Below, piece by piece: positions 21,712 to 31,200 of a stretch of DNA of 64,000 nt. The stretch spans positions 544,001 through 608,000 of the forward strand of contig CAVQQD010000002.1 in NCBI GenBank assembly GCA_963714975.1. The letters run 5' to 3'. This stretch comes from an uncultured Gammaproteobacteria bacterium (lineage in GTDB: Bacteria; Pseudomonadota; Gammaproteobacteria; JAURND01). The translations under genes were made by a program, and so were the position numbers. Position 1 is the stretch's first letter; the number at the start of each line of letters is the position of its first letter. Under the pieces are notes generated by a model. It saw only the letters and a list, made by a program, of their open reading frames with translations, was not told where the DNA came from and did not search any database.

Positions 21712-22734
21712 TCATATTTCTCCTAACAATTGAGCAATTAGTTCGGGACTGGGTAATTGGCTTTTTAACTCCTTGGGCAATTTAGTAAATACTCGATATT
21801 GAGCAACACCAATAGGTTTATTTGCATCATGCAAAGTATATTCAACAATAGTTTTGCGCTTGCTTTTGCAAAGAATAATGCCTATGGATGGGTTTTCATC
21901 TGGCAATCTTACCTGCACATCCAGGGCGCGTAGATAAAATTGCATCTTGCCAACATATTCTGGCTCAAATTCTCCTATTTTTAATTCTACCGCTACGAGT
22001 GCCTTCAGTTGACGATGATATAGCAAAATATCAATGAAAAACTCCCTGTTGTCTACTTCAAGCTTATATTGGCTGCCAACAAATGTGAAAATTCCACCCA
22101 TTTCTCTTAGGAAATGCTCTATTTTCGCCAAAAGTGCTTGTTCCAGCTCATGCTCACTGTGGGCTTCACCCAATTCCAAAAAGTCAAAAGTGTACTCATC
22201 TTTAACTGCCAATTTAGCTTGTGTTTTGATTTCTTTAGGCAGGGTGTTTTCAAAATTGTTTTGATTTAAAAGGGTTTTTTCGTAGGCTTGATTTTCAATT
22301 TGGTGGATAAGGACATTTTTTGACCAGCCAAATTTGCGAGTCATCCGTAGGTAAAACTCGCACTGCAGCTCGTCCTTACACTGATCCATAATGATGAGAT
22401 TATTAGACCAGCTAATTTCTCTCACCAGTGGTGAGAGTTTTGGGTTTTGGTGGTAAGTTTCGTAAAATGAGCGCATTCGCCATAAATTAGGGGCAGAAAA
22501 ACCTTTTATTTCAGGAAAATCTATTTTTAAATCATTAGCTAATTGTTCTACTACAGACTTCCCCCAACCTTCTATTCGCTGACGTTCAATAATCATTTTT
22601 CCAATATCCCAATAAAGTCCCACTAGTGTTTTATTAACTGTTTTTAACGCTTCATATTGTGCCTCAGCAATGCGGGTCTTGATTTCTTTCAGGAGGCTGG
22701 CATAGTTTTTTATTTTTTGGTTAGTTGATGTCAT
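21712..22734 (-). CDS. YhcG / DUF1016 family PD-(D/E)XK nuclease-like protein
   Basis: LYWDIGKMI, WGKSVVEQLA, GFSAPNLWRMRSFY, KDEYTFDFL, IDILLYHRQL, VELKIGEFEPE, GKMQFYL. Confidence 0.93.
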   Translation of the reverse strand: MTSTNQKIKNYASLLKEIKTRIAEAQYEALKTVNKTLVGLYWDIGKMIIERQRIEGWGKSVVEQLANDLKIDFPEIKGFSAPNLWRMRSFYETYHQNPKLSPLVREISWSNNLIIMDQCKDELQCEFYLRMTRKFGWSKNVLIHQIENQAYEKTLLNQNNFENTLPKEIKTQAKLAVKDEYTFDFLELGEAHSEHELEQALLAKIEHFLREMGGIFTFVGSQYKLEVDNREFFIDILLYHRQLKALVAVELKIGEFEPEYVGKMQFYLRALDVQVRLPDENPSIGIILCKSKRKTIVEYTLHDANKPIGVAQYRVFTKLPKELKSQLPSPELIAQLLGEI

Positions 22735-22801
22735 TGGAATATTCAGCAGGTGAATCAAGCATTTAAAATCTTCTAGGGGACGTGCGCAAAATAACTTCAA
22801 A

Positions 22802-23308
22802 CTATTGTGCACGTTCCTTTGTTCCTACCATCACGCAGAGTGCATAACAAGGTTCAGAATTATTATTGATCCAAGTATGTTCTGGACCAACCTGTACTAG
22901 AAAATCTCCAGCATGTAAATCAATTTTATTTTTACCGACAATGCAGGTAATTGATCCAGATAAAATGAAAATATAATCCACTGAATTGGTGCTGTGTAGG
23001 TTAAATTTTGTCCAATCTGTGGGAATAGCTTGCCCAGAATTTTGCAGGTCTGCGGCTATTTGTGCTTGGGTGGGCATACAAATCTTTAAAAACCGCATCG
23101 CACCCTCTGGCAAGTGAAGATCGTAAATATTATCTAGATGTCGAGTTGCCAAGGTTTGTGGATTTTCTTCTGTATAGAAAAGGTCCTGCAAATAAAAAGA
23201 GGGAAGAGAAGGGTATGGTGCAAGAGCTGCAATTTTTTCATCGGCAAGGATGGTTGACTTTTGATTGGCATTGATGCCTGATATAACTCTGCGGGTTTTT
23301 TTTAACAT
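22802..23308 (-). CDS. Cupin domain protein
   Basis: RRVISG N-terminus, HSTNSVDYIFILSG, LHAGDFLVQVGPEHTWIN. Confidence 0.85.
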   Translation of the reverse strand: MLKKTRRVISGINANQKSTILADEKIAALAPYPSLPSFYLQDLFYTEENPQTLATRHLDNIYDLHLPEGAMRFLKICMPTQAQIAADLQNSGQAIPTDWTKFNLHSTNSVDYIFILSGSITCIVGKNKIDLHAGDFLVQVGPEHTWINNNSEPCYALCVMVGTKERAQ

Positions 23309-23321
23309 TTTTTATCCTTTT

Positions 23322-23492
23322 TAGGTTAAGCCACCGCGATTTGAGGTCACAATTTGTGACCTCAAACTTTCAAATTCCTGAGGAAAAAGAACTGGTAAGA
23401 AATTTTGACCGGTTTTAAAGGCTACAATGATTCGTGTGCTTCTGCTCTTACCGCGACTTGTTGGTAATTCGTTTTATTACGCCATGGCCATA
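23322..23492 (-). pseudogene. Fused remnants: RelE/HigB-like toxin fragment and ORF6N-domain fragment
   Basis: Minus-strand translations GHGVIKRI / RGKSRSTRIIVAFK (toxin-like) and QEFESLRSQIVTSNRGG (ORF6N signature). Confidence 0.6.
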
Positions 23493-23508
23493 ATAAACAT
23501 AGTAAGTA

Positions 23509-23895
23509 TTATGCCGTCTTATTCTCTGTGTGCTTTTTCCAATGTATACCCAACATCACATTAAATTTCGTAGCTTTGGCGATAGGGCAAATAGTTCTAT
23601 GACGTTTTTCGAGCCTCACAAAACCATAAGCCGACAGTGTTTTTAATGTCCTAGACAAGTTATTGAGTTGACGTCCTGTGATCGCAGCTAATTCACTTAT
23701 AGAATCAGGTTTTTTCTCTGTAATAATTTGTAATAAGGCTTGATTTTCATCACTTAATACCTCTGCGAGTGACCTTATTGAAGTAAACCAAATTTTAGGC
23801 TCATCTGGTTTTGGTTTGTATTTACCTTGTGCAACCGCAAGCGTTCGTTCTCTGATTTCTTTTTGCGACATAAGGCCAATTCTGACAGTCTTCAT
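23509..23895 (-). CDS. HTH transcriptional regulator, putative antitoxin (HVO_A0114-like)
   Basis: WFTSIRSLAEVLSDENQALL, KPDSISELAAITGRQLNNLSRTLKTL. Confidence 0.8.
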   Translation of the reverse strand: MKTVRIGLMSQKEIRERTLAVAQGKYKPKPDEPKIWFTSIRSLAEVLSDENQALLQIITEKKPDSISELAAITGRQLNNLSRTLKTLSAYGFVRLEKRHRTICPIAKATKFNVMLGIHWKKHTENKTA

Positions 23896-24008
23896 TATGG
23901 TTACTCCTTTATTCCGAGTGCATTCAATCTCTCCAATCCTAGCTTAAAACAAGGGGTCCCCTCAACCGTAAGAACGTAGGAACCCCCTCATCTCAAGTTT
24001 ATTACTTC

Positions 24009-24467
24009 TTAGAACAAACCGGTCTGTTTTTTCTGCGTGAGCAGGTCCATGAACCGGTTACATTCTTCCCAGGGTACGTCCCCATGACGATAACTCAGCG
24101 CTTTACACAGCAAGCGGCAGAATTCACCATGGTAGACGGGATATTTCACAAAGCTAAAAACATAAGCTCCGCCAGCTACGATTTCTGCAATGGCTCGTGA
24201 GAACATATGCAAATACTCCAGATGCTCCTTAAATTCTCGGTAGCGTATGAAGGTTTGCAGGCGAGACTCATAGATGCATAGCAGACGCCCATCGGTTAAG
24301 ATTGCCGTGAAACTAAGCCCCACTAACGCGGAGATTTCACGTAAATACTCTTTCTCGTTGGGATCGCATACGTCGCAGTAACGTTTGAAGCTAGAGTGGA
24401 ATATTTCAGCAAGACGATAAATGTCGTTGCTCGATAGCGGCAAAGCCGCTAAAGTAGGATTAGCCAT
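24009..24467 (-). CDS. Hypothetical protein
   Basis: 152-aa ORF with a strong AGGAGG RBS and a downstream GC hairpin (~23954-23987). Confidence 0.7.
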   Translation of the reverse strand: MANPTLAALPLSSNDIYRLAEIFHSSFKRYCDVCDPNEKEYLREISALVGLSFTAILTDGRLLCIYESRLQTFIRYREFKEHLEYLHMFSRAIAEIVAGGAYVFSFVKYPVYHGEFCRLLCKALSYRHGDVPWEECNRFMDLLTQKKQTGLF

Positions 24468-24830
24468 CTTGACCTCCTATAACAGGTTAATTTGGTTAGC
24501 ATCGTCATTGGGCTGCAATCCCTTTGACGGTGCGCTTACAAGATACGGAGACATTTGCTCCCCATTGGAAAACTGATGTCTCCATCTCCCGCTTCCTTGT
24601 AGTGGATTTAATACACAACAAGAAAGCGAGTTGATTATCCCCTCTAAGAAAAAGCCTGTCAACGCGGGTTTCAAATTTTTTAAATTAGGTGAGTTTACTG
24701 TGTCTTCGATGGGCGAATAGTATATTGTTATTCATTTCTTTCAATACTTTAGTTGTTTTGGTTGTGACAGAACTGATGCACCCAAGGTTGAACAACAGAA
24801 TTCACAAAACCGTCCATCGGAGGTTTAAGC

Positions 24831-25046
24831 ATGTCACAGATCCCACCCTGCCTCGAACAAATTTTTGACGATCTAAATAACAGTGATGAATTCAAAATTC
24901 TTCTCATTATTTTTGCTGCCTGTATAGTAGTAGCAATGGGCCTATTTCCCCTTCTGGGTTCTTGCTGCTGCGGAATTCAGGATCAAGGAGCGCCGGATAA
25001 TAACAATCCACCACTTCCACAAAACCAAATGCGTACGACGCAGTAG
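24831..25046 (+). CDS. Small single-pass membrane protein
   Basis: GGAGG RBS; one TM helix followed by CCC and an Asn/Pro-rich tail. Confidence 0.6.
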   Translation: MSQIPPCLEQIFDDLNNSDEFKILLIIFAACIVVAMGLFPLLGSCCCGIQDQGAPDNNNPPLPQNQMRTTQ

Positions 25047-25069
25047 CTTCAGAAGGCCAGCCTTGAGGA

Positions 25070-26151
25070 TTAACGCAACTTCAGCGAAGCGAGTCCGCAT
25101 AGCACCAGCATGAAGGTAATAATCCAAAACCGCACGATTACTCGAGGTTCAGGCCAGCCTTTGAGCTCAAAATGGTGATGAAGGGGAGCCATTTTAAAAA
25201 TACGTTTACCGGTGAGCTTAAATGAAGCGACCTGTAATATCACCGAAAGCGTTTCTATTACAAATACCCCGCCCATAATAAAGAGCACTAATTCTTGGCG
25301 AACAATTACTGCCACAATACCTAAAGCAGCGCCTAGTCCTAAAGCGCCTACATCACCCATAAATACCTGGGCAGGATAAGTGTTGAACCATAAAAAGCCT
25401 AAGCCTGCTCCGACCAGAGCGGCGCAAAAGACTGCGACTTCTCCTGCACCAGGGACATAGGGAATGGTTAAATATTTAGAAAATTCAAAATTACCACTTA
25501 AATAAGCAAAAATAGCCATAGCGCCAGCGACCATTACTGTGGGCAGAATGGCCAGCCCATCTAGGCCATCAGTCAGGTTGACGGCATTACTGGTGCCGAC
25601 AATCACAAAATAAGCCAATAAAATATACAACAAACCTAAGTTAATACTGACATTCTTGAGATAGGGAATTAACAACTGGGTTTCAGCAGGTGTTTTCGCC
25701 ATGTAGTAGAGAATAACAGCGATGGTAATACCCAATATAGATTGCCAAAGATATTTCCAGCGCGCTGGTAAACCACTGGGTGATTTCTTGCTAAGTTTTA
25801 GATAATCATCTAACCATCCAATAATGCCAAATCCCAGCATACCAAACAGGGTTAGCCAAATGTAGGGATTGGCTAAATACCCCACAACAAAATGCTGGCG
25901 CTGATAGCAATGAGGATTAGGGTGCCTCCCATAGTGGGTGTGCCGGCTTTGGAGAAATGGCTCTTCGGTCCATCGTTGCGCACCACTTGCCCGACTTGAT
26001 GATGACTGAGCGCATCAATCATTTTGGGGCCGACAATCAGAGCGATCACCAGCGCAGTGAGCGCGGCGAGAATCGAGCGAAAAGTGAGATATTGAAAAAC
26101 CCGAAAGCCTTCGTAATAGTGTTGTAAAAATTGCGTTAGCCAAAGTAACAT
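25070..26151 (-). CDS. mraY: Phospho-N-acetylmuramoyl-pentapeptide transferase MraY (frameshift ~25880)
   Basis: [41 protein letters not shown] across two ORFs. Confidence 0.96.
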
Positions 26152-26152
26152 A

Positions 26153-27566
26153 TTAAGCCTCTCCTTCTAAAGCAGCGACAATTTTCCCATTTTGCATCGA
26201 GCGCGATCCTTTAATCAATGCGGTCGTTTGAGCATTAAGTTGTAATTTCAAGGCAGCAATTAATTGCTGTTGTTCAGAAAAATGTTGGGCTTGCTGACCA
26301 AAGGCTGCTACTGCTAAGCGGCTCAACTCACCATAGGCAAATAATTGCGTAATGCCCAAACGCTGTGCTTCATAGCCAAGCAATTTTAATGAAATATTCG
26401 GGCCCATAGGAGCCTAATTCTTTCATGTCGGCAAGTACCAAAATTTTAATTCCGGGCATATGAGCTAATACTTCAATAGCTGCTTGGGCTGAGCGTGGAT
26501 TGGCATTGTAACTATCATCAATAATCCGTGCGCCATTGGTTAAGTATTTTATTTGTAAGCGTTTGTTTACCGCTTGAGTATTTTCCAAGCCCTGTTTTAT
26601 CGCAGTCAATGGTATATTCAGTGCGCAAGCGCAAGCAGCTGCTGCCAAGGCATTGGCAATATTATGTTTTCCTAGCAGAGGCAGTTGAATAAAAATGGTT
26701 CCATAGGGGGTATGTAGAGTAAATTCAGGATTTCCTTCGGGATTTATTAAGGGACTTTCTGCCCAAATAGATGCTTTTTTCTGAAGGCCAAAGTGGAGAA
26801 TTTTCTTGGTTGGCACGAGAGATTCCCAATAGGGGGCAAAGTGATCGTCAGCATTAATGATGGCAATTCCAGTCTCATCGAGTCCGCGAAAAATTTCGCC
26901 TTTTGCCTGTGCTACTCCTTCTAGAGTTTGTACTCCTTGCAAATGAGCAGGTGCTGCATTAGTAATTAGGGCAATGGTCGGATGAGCGAGCTGCGATAAA
27001 TGAGCAATTTCACCAAAATGATTCATCCCTATTTCAATCACGGCATATTGATGATCAGAATTTAATCCCAATAGGGTCAGCGGGACACCGATTTCATTAT
27101 TAAAACTTTTTTCGCTAGCCAAAACTTTGTTGGATCCCTCGCTGCGCTCGGGATGACACCCCTGCTCGGGATGACACGCCTGCTCGGGATGACCCCCCCC
27201 CTGCTGCAGAATGCTGGCGAGCATAGAGCGCACGGTAGTTTTACCACAACTACCGGTGATGCCGATCATTGGCAGCGTAAATTGTTGCCGATGAAAACGC
27301 GCAAATTGTCCCAGTGCCTGAATCGTGTCGTTGACTTGTAGCTGTGGTAGCGGGCAGGGCAGGGGGTGCTGGACCAAGGCGGCAGCGGCCTGCTGTTGTT
27401 TTGCCATGGCAATAAAATCATGGCCATCGAAATGAGGGCCTTTGATGGCGACAAATAATTCTCCAGGTTGTAAGCTGCGGGTATCCGTGCTCACACCTTG
27501 AAAACAGACATCTGCGCCTAACAGTTGGCCGCTAAGTAAATGGCTAAGACTTGAAAGTTGTATCAT
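26153..27566 (-). CDS. murF: UDP-MurNAc-tripeptide--D-Ala-D-Ala ligase MurF (frameshift ~26390; in-frame repeat insertion)
   Basis: [39 protein letters not shown]. Confidence 0.95.
27132..27201. repeat. Family A half-element with 18-bp tail repeats inside murF
   Basis: ggatccctcgctgc followed by three gctcgggatgac-containing units; encodes [21 protein letters not shown]. Confidence 0.92.
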
Positions 27567-27573
27567 TATACAC

Positions 27574-27678
27574 TCCCTCTCCCTACTGCCCTCTCAAATC
27601 CCCCTCATCCGGCCTGCGGCCACCTTCTCCCACAAGGGGAGAAGGGATGCTGCCGAGAGTTTATAGAGGAGAGGGGAT
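27574..27678. repeat. Family B composite element between murE and murF
   Basis: ccctcatccggcctgcggccaccttctcccacaaggggagaaggg with ccctctcc/ggagagggg flanks. Confidence 0.88.
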
Positions 27679-29160
27679 TAGATATCGCAAAACTTGTTCT
27701 ACATCATTAAACGGCAATTTTTCCGCACCAATTTGTTGATAATTCTCGTGACCTTTGCCCGCCACTAAAACCACATCCCCTGCTTGCGCATGGTGGATGG
27801 CATAAGCAATAGCTCGTTGCCGATCATGTTCCACTTGGATGTCTTCAACAGCTTGCAGACCACTTAAGATATCGTCAGTAATGCGTTGCGGATCCTCAAA
27901 ACGCGGGTTATCCGTGGTAATAATCATCCGATCACTATAACGCTGGGCGATTTGCCCCATCAGTGGACGTTTCCCCGCATCTCGATTGCCGCCACAACCA
28001 AAAACGCACCACAAAGTTCCTGAGCAATGCTCACGTAAGGCGATCAATGCTTGTTCTAAAGCATCCGGAGTGTGCGAATAGTCAACGACCACTAAAGGCT
28101 GATTGATTCCGCCCAAAGCTTGCATACGGCCATTGATCGTGGACAAAGCAGACACCTGTCGCAGGATATCAGTCCAGGGCATCCCTAAAATCCCTAAGGT
28201 GGCCACTGACGCTAGTAAATTGCTTAAATTGAAGCGCCCTAATAATGGACTTTGAATCAGGCCTTGACCCCAAGGAGAACTCACTTGAGCTGAAAACCCT
28301 CTGGCATTAAGTTGAATCTCAGAGGCCGAAATAGTAGCAGTAGCAGTAGCTTTAGCATTTTGAGTAGTATAGGCATAACAGGGTAATTTAGTGGAGAATT
28401 CCTCTAATAATTGCCGACCAAAGGCGTCATCGGCATTAATGATGGCGGCTTGCAAGGGCCGCAAGAATAATTGTCGCTTGACTTGACCATAGGCTTCCAT
28501 GCTGCCGTGATAATCCAGGTGGTCGCGAGTTAAATTAGTGAATACGGCAATGTCAAATTTTACCCCAGCTACCCGATGTTGTGCCAAACTGTGCGAGGAA
28601 ACTTCCATGGCAACACATTGGGCTTTTTGCGCTTTTAATTCAGCTAAGATACGTTGCAGACTGATGGCGTCTGGTGTAGTCAAAAATCCGGGTTGGATTG
28701 CTTCAGGAAAGCCATAACCTAGGGTGCCAATCACCCCACAACGGGAATTTAATTGACTTAAGGCCGCAGCAATAAATTGGCTGCAAGAGGTTTTGCCATT
28801 GGTGCCAGTGATACCAATGGTTGTCAGATCGCAAGAAGGATCCTGATAAAAACGCGCGGCAATAGGCCCTACTTGGGCTTTTAGGTCGGGAATCGCTAAA
28901 ATGGGGATAGTCTGCTGACCAAATTTCTGCAGAGTCAGTGCAGAAGTGGCGTTATCTGCCTCTTGTAATACCGCAGCAGCTCCTTTGCTAAGGGCTTGTT
29001 GGATAAAACGCGGTCTAAATTCCATGGGTCCGGCTGCAGCAATAAATAAATCAGCGGCCTTGGTTTGGCGACTATCTGAACATAGGCCAGTGATTTCAAG
29101 TGGGAAATCACTGGGCCAAGGGGCTATGCCATCTAATAATACACTAAGTTTCTTCATCAC
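27661..29160 (-). CDS. murE: UDP-MurNAc-dipeptide--mDAP ligase MurE
   Basis: DSR, GITGTNGKTS, MEVSSH, FTNLTRDHLDYH, DYSHTPDAL, DNPR, AGKGHE. Confidence 0.97.
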   Translation of the reverse strand: MMKKLSVLLDGIAPWPSDFPLEITGLCSDSRQTKAADLFIAAAGPMEFRPRFIQQALSKGAAAVLQEADNATSALTLQKFGQQTIPILAIPDLKAQVGPIAARFYQDPSCDLTTIGITGTNGKTSCSQFIAAALSQLNSRCGVIGTLGYGFPEAIQPGFLTTPDAISLQRILAELKAQKAQCVAMEVSSHSLAQHRVAGVKFDIAVFTNLTRDHLDYHGSMEAYGQVKRQLFLRPLQAAIINADDAFGRQLLEEFSTKLPCYAYTTQNAKATATATISASEIQLNARGFSAQVSSPWGQGLIQSPLLGRFNLSNLLASVATLGILGMPWTDILRQVSALSTINGRMQALGGINQPLVVVDYSHTPDALEQALIALREHCSGTLWCVFGCGGNRDAGKRPLMGQIAQRYSDRMIITTDNPRFEDPQRITDDILSGLQAVEDIQVEHDRQRAIAYAIHHAQAGDVVLVAGKGHENYQQIGAEKLPFNDVEQVLRYLIPSPL

Positions 29161-30826
29161 TAGTTCCTCTCGCTGCAGCTGCTGCTAAATTATCCGGCGC
29201 AATATTTAAATATCGTAAAGCGCCTCCCATCACTTGCGCAAATAGGGGAGCTGACACTTGGGCGCCAAAATGCAAATTCCCTCTGACATCATGCAAAATA
29301 ACGGCTACGACCAATTGCGGATTGCTTAAGGGTGCAATGCCGATAAACGAGGAATTATAACGATCTTTTTGGTAACCGTTAGGCCCAGAAATATAAGCCG
29401 TTCCTGTTTTGCCGCCAATTTGATAGCCAAAAATGCGGGCTTGTAAGCCACTTCCCCCCTCAGCGACGGCTTGCAACAGAACTAACATTTGATCGGCTAA
29501 TGAACGTGTAATCACTCGTTCTCCAGCCGGCGCTTGAGTTAGTTTCACAAACGTCACGGGCTTTTTTACCCCATGGGCAGCAAGAATGGCATAGGCTTGA
29601 GTGAGTTGCAATGCTGTTGCCGATAATCCGTAGCCATAGGACATGGTGGCTAAATTAGCTGGGTATTTAATGCGTTCCTTGATTAAGCTACCACTGGCTT
29701 CTCCAGGAAAACCACTCGCAGTTCGCTCGCCAAAACCCATGCTGCTTAAGAACCGCCACAAATTTTCCGGAGGTAAGGATAAAGTGATTTTAGCAGCGCC
29801 AATATTACTGGATTTTTGTAGCACTTGGGTCAAATTAATGACGCCGTAATTTTCATGATCCCGAATCACTCGACCACTGATGGACATCCAACCCGGGTGA
29901 GTGTCGACCATAGAATTAGGCGTATATTTACCACTGGCGAGAGCGCTGGCGACGCTGAAGGCTTTCATGGTGGAACCTGGTTCAAATTGATCTGTCACCG
30001 CACGATTGCGGTAACGATTATCATGAGCGGAGCGGGCATTAGGATTGTAAGAGGGCGCATTGGCCATGGCCAAAATTTCTCCGGTATTAACATCCAGCAC
30101 CACAATCGAGCCAGATTCGGCGTTGAATTTTGGTACAGCGGTTTGTAATGCGGTATAGGCCAAATATTGAATTCGCGAGTCGATACTTAAACTAAGATCA
30201 TGTCCTTCTTGCGGCGGACGTAACACTCCAAGATCAGAGACAATTTGCCCAAGGCGATCTTTCACCACTTGTCTTTTTCCGACGACCCCTTGTAAATAGT
30301 CGTTAAAGGCCAATTCCAATCCCTCTTGCCCTTGATCATCCACGTTATTAAAACCTAGGATATGTGCAGTAACTTCACCTGAAGGGTAAAAACGCCGATA
30401 TTCCCGTTGAAAAGCGACGCCGTTAATTTTGAGTGCGGCAATTTTGTTGGCTGTTTCAGGAGGAATGCTGCGAGCAAGATAGACAAATTCACGATCTTGA
30501 TTTTTCCTGATTTTCTGTTCAATTTCTGTCGGGGTAAGCTTAAGCCAGGCGCCTAATTGTTTTAATTGGGCAGGATTGGCGTCAAAAACTCGCGGATTAG
30601 CCCATGCTGAATCCACTGGGGCACTGATGGCCAGAGGGACGCCATTTCTGTCAGTCAACATTCCACGATGTGCTGGAATATCAACCACACGTAAGACGCG
30701 GGCTTGGCTTTGTTTTAACAAAAAAGTTCGATTAATAATGCTCAGATCCAACATGCGGCCAATTAAACCGATGGCTCCCAATAACATGAGGATAATGAGC
30801 ACCAAAAATCGCCACGAGTTTTGCAT
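29144..30826 (-). CDS. ftsI: Peptidoglycan D,D-transpeptidase FtsI (PBP3)
   Basis: RGMLTDRNG, EPGSTMK (SxxK), SSN, GKTGT; position in dcw cluster. Confidence 0.96.
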   Translation of the reverse strand: MQNSWRFLVLIILMLLGAIGLIGRMLDLSIINRTFLLKQSQARVLRVVDIPAHRGMLTDRNGVPLAISAPVDSAWANPRVFDANPAQLKQLGAWLKLTPTEIEQKIRKNQDREFVYLARSIPPETANKIAALKINGVAFQREYRRFYPSGEVTAHILGFNNVDDQGQEGLELAFNDYLQGVVGKRQVVKDRLGQIVSDLGVLRPPQEGHDLSLSIDSRIQYLAYTALQTAVPKFNAESGSIVVLDVNTGEILAMANAPSYNPNARSAHDNRYRNRAVTDQFEPGSTMKAFSVASALASGKYTPNSMVDTHPGWMSISGRVIRDHENYGVINLTQVLQKSSNIGAAKITLSLPPENLWRFLSSMGFGERTASGFPGEASGSLIKERIKYPANLATMSYGYGLSATALQLTQAYAILAAHGVKKPVTFVKLTQAPAGERVITRSLADQMLVLLQAVAEGGSGLQARIFGYQIGGKTGTAYISGPNGYQKDRYNSSFIGIAPLSNPQLVVAVILHDVRGNLHFGAQVSAPLFAQVMGGALRYLNIAPDNLAAAAARGTSDEET

Positions 30827-30837
30827 GGTTTTAACCT

Positions 30838-31200
30838 TCAGGCTTCATCAGCAGGAGCGTTGCTTGAGCTCTTAATGATCATAATTTTATCGTTGGCAGG
30901 TGCGCTCATTTCCAAATGTTGTTGCGCTAAATTTTGGATTCTTGCTTGCGTGGACCAGGTACTTTCTTCCAGGAGTAAATTTCCCCATTCTTGACGAATT
31001 TGGCCTTGAATAGTTTGCGCCATTTGCAATTCCATAAACAGGCGGCGATTGATATCTGTGGTGTAGACGACGGCCAAGCCCGAGAGCATGACGACAATGG
31101 CTAACAGCAAGGTTCCCATGCTGGGTTTGATGAAGAAAAGGAAATGCTGCTTTTTAAATGGTTCATTGTTTTGTGGTAAAGCTCTTACAGCAGTGTTCAT
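30838..31200 (-). CDS. ftsL: Cell division protein FtsL
   Basis: Single TM + coiled coil EWGNLLLEESTW..RIQ..A..L.M; between rsmH and ftsI. Confidence 0.9.
   Translation of the reverse strand: MNTAVRALPQNNEPFKKQHFLFFIKPSMGTLLLAIVVMLSGLAVVYTTDINRRLFMELQMAQTIQGQIRQEWGNLLLEESTWSTQARIQNLAQQHLEMSAPANDKIMIIKSSSNAPADEA

Noticed and set aside
25070-27566. Real loss of peptidoglycan synthesis (murF and mraY pseudogenes)
   Set aside because: Isolated indels with intact motifs and intact murE/ftsI; similar noise in clpB and pstS points to sequence error
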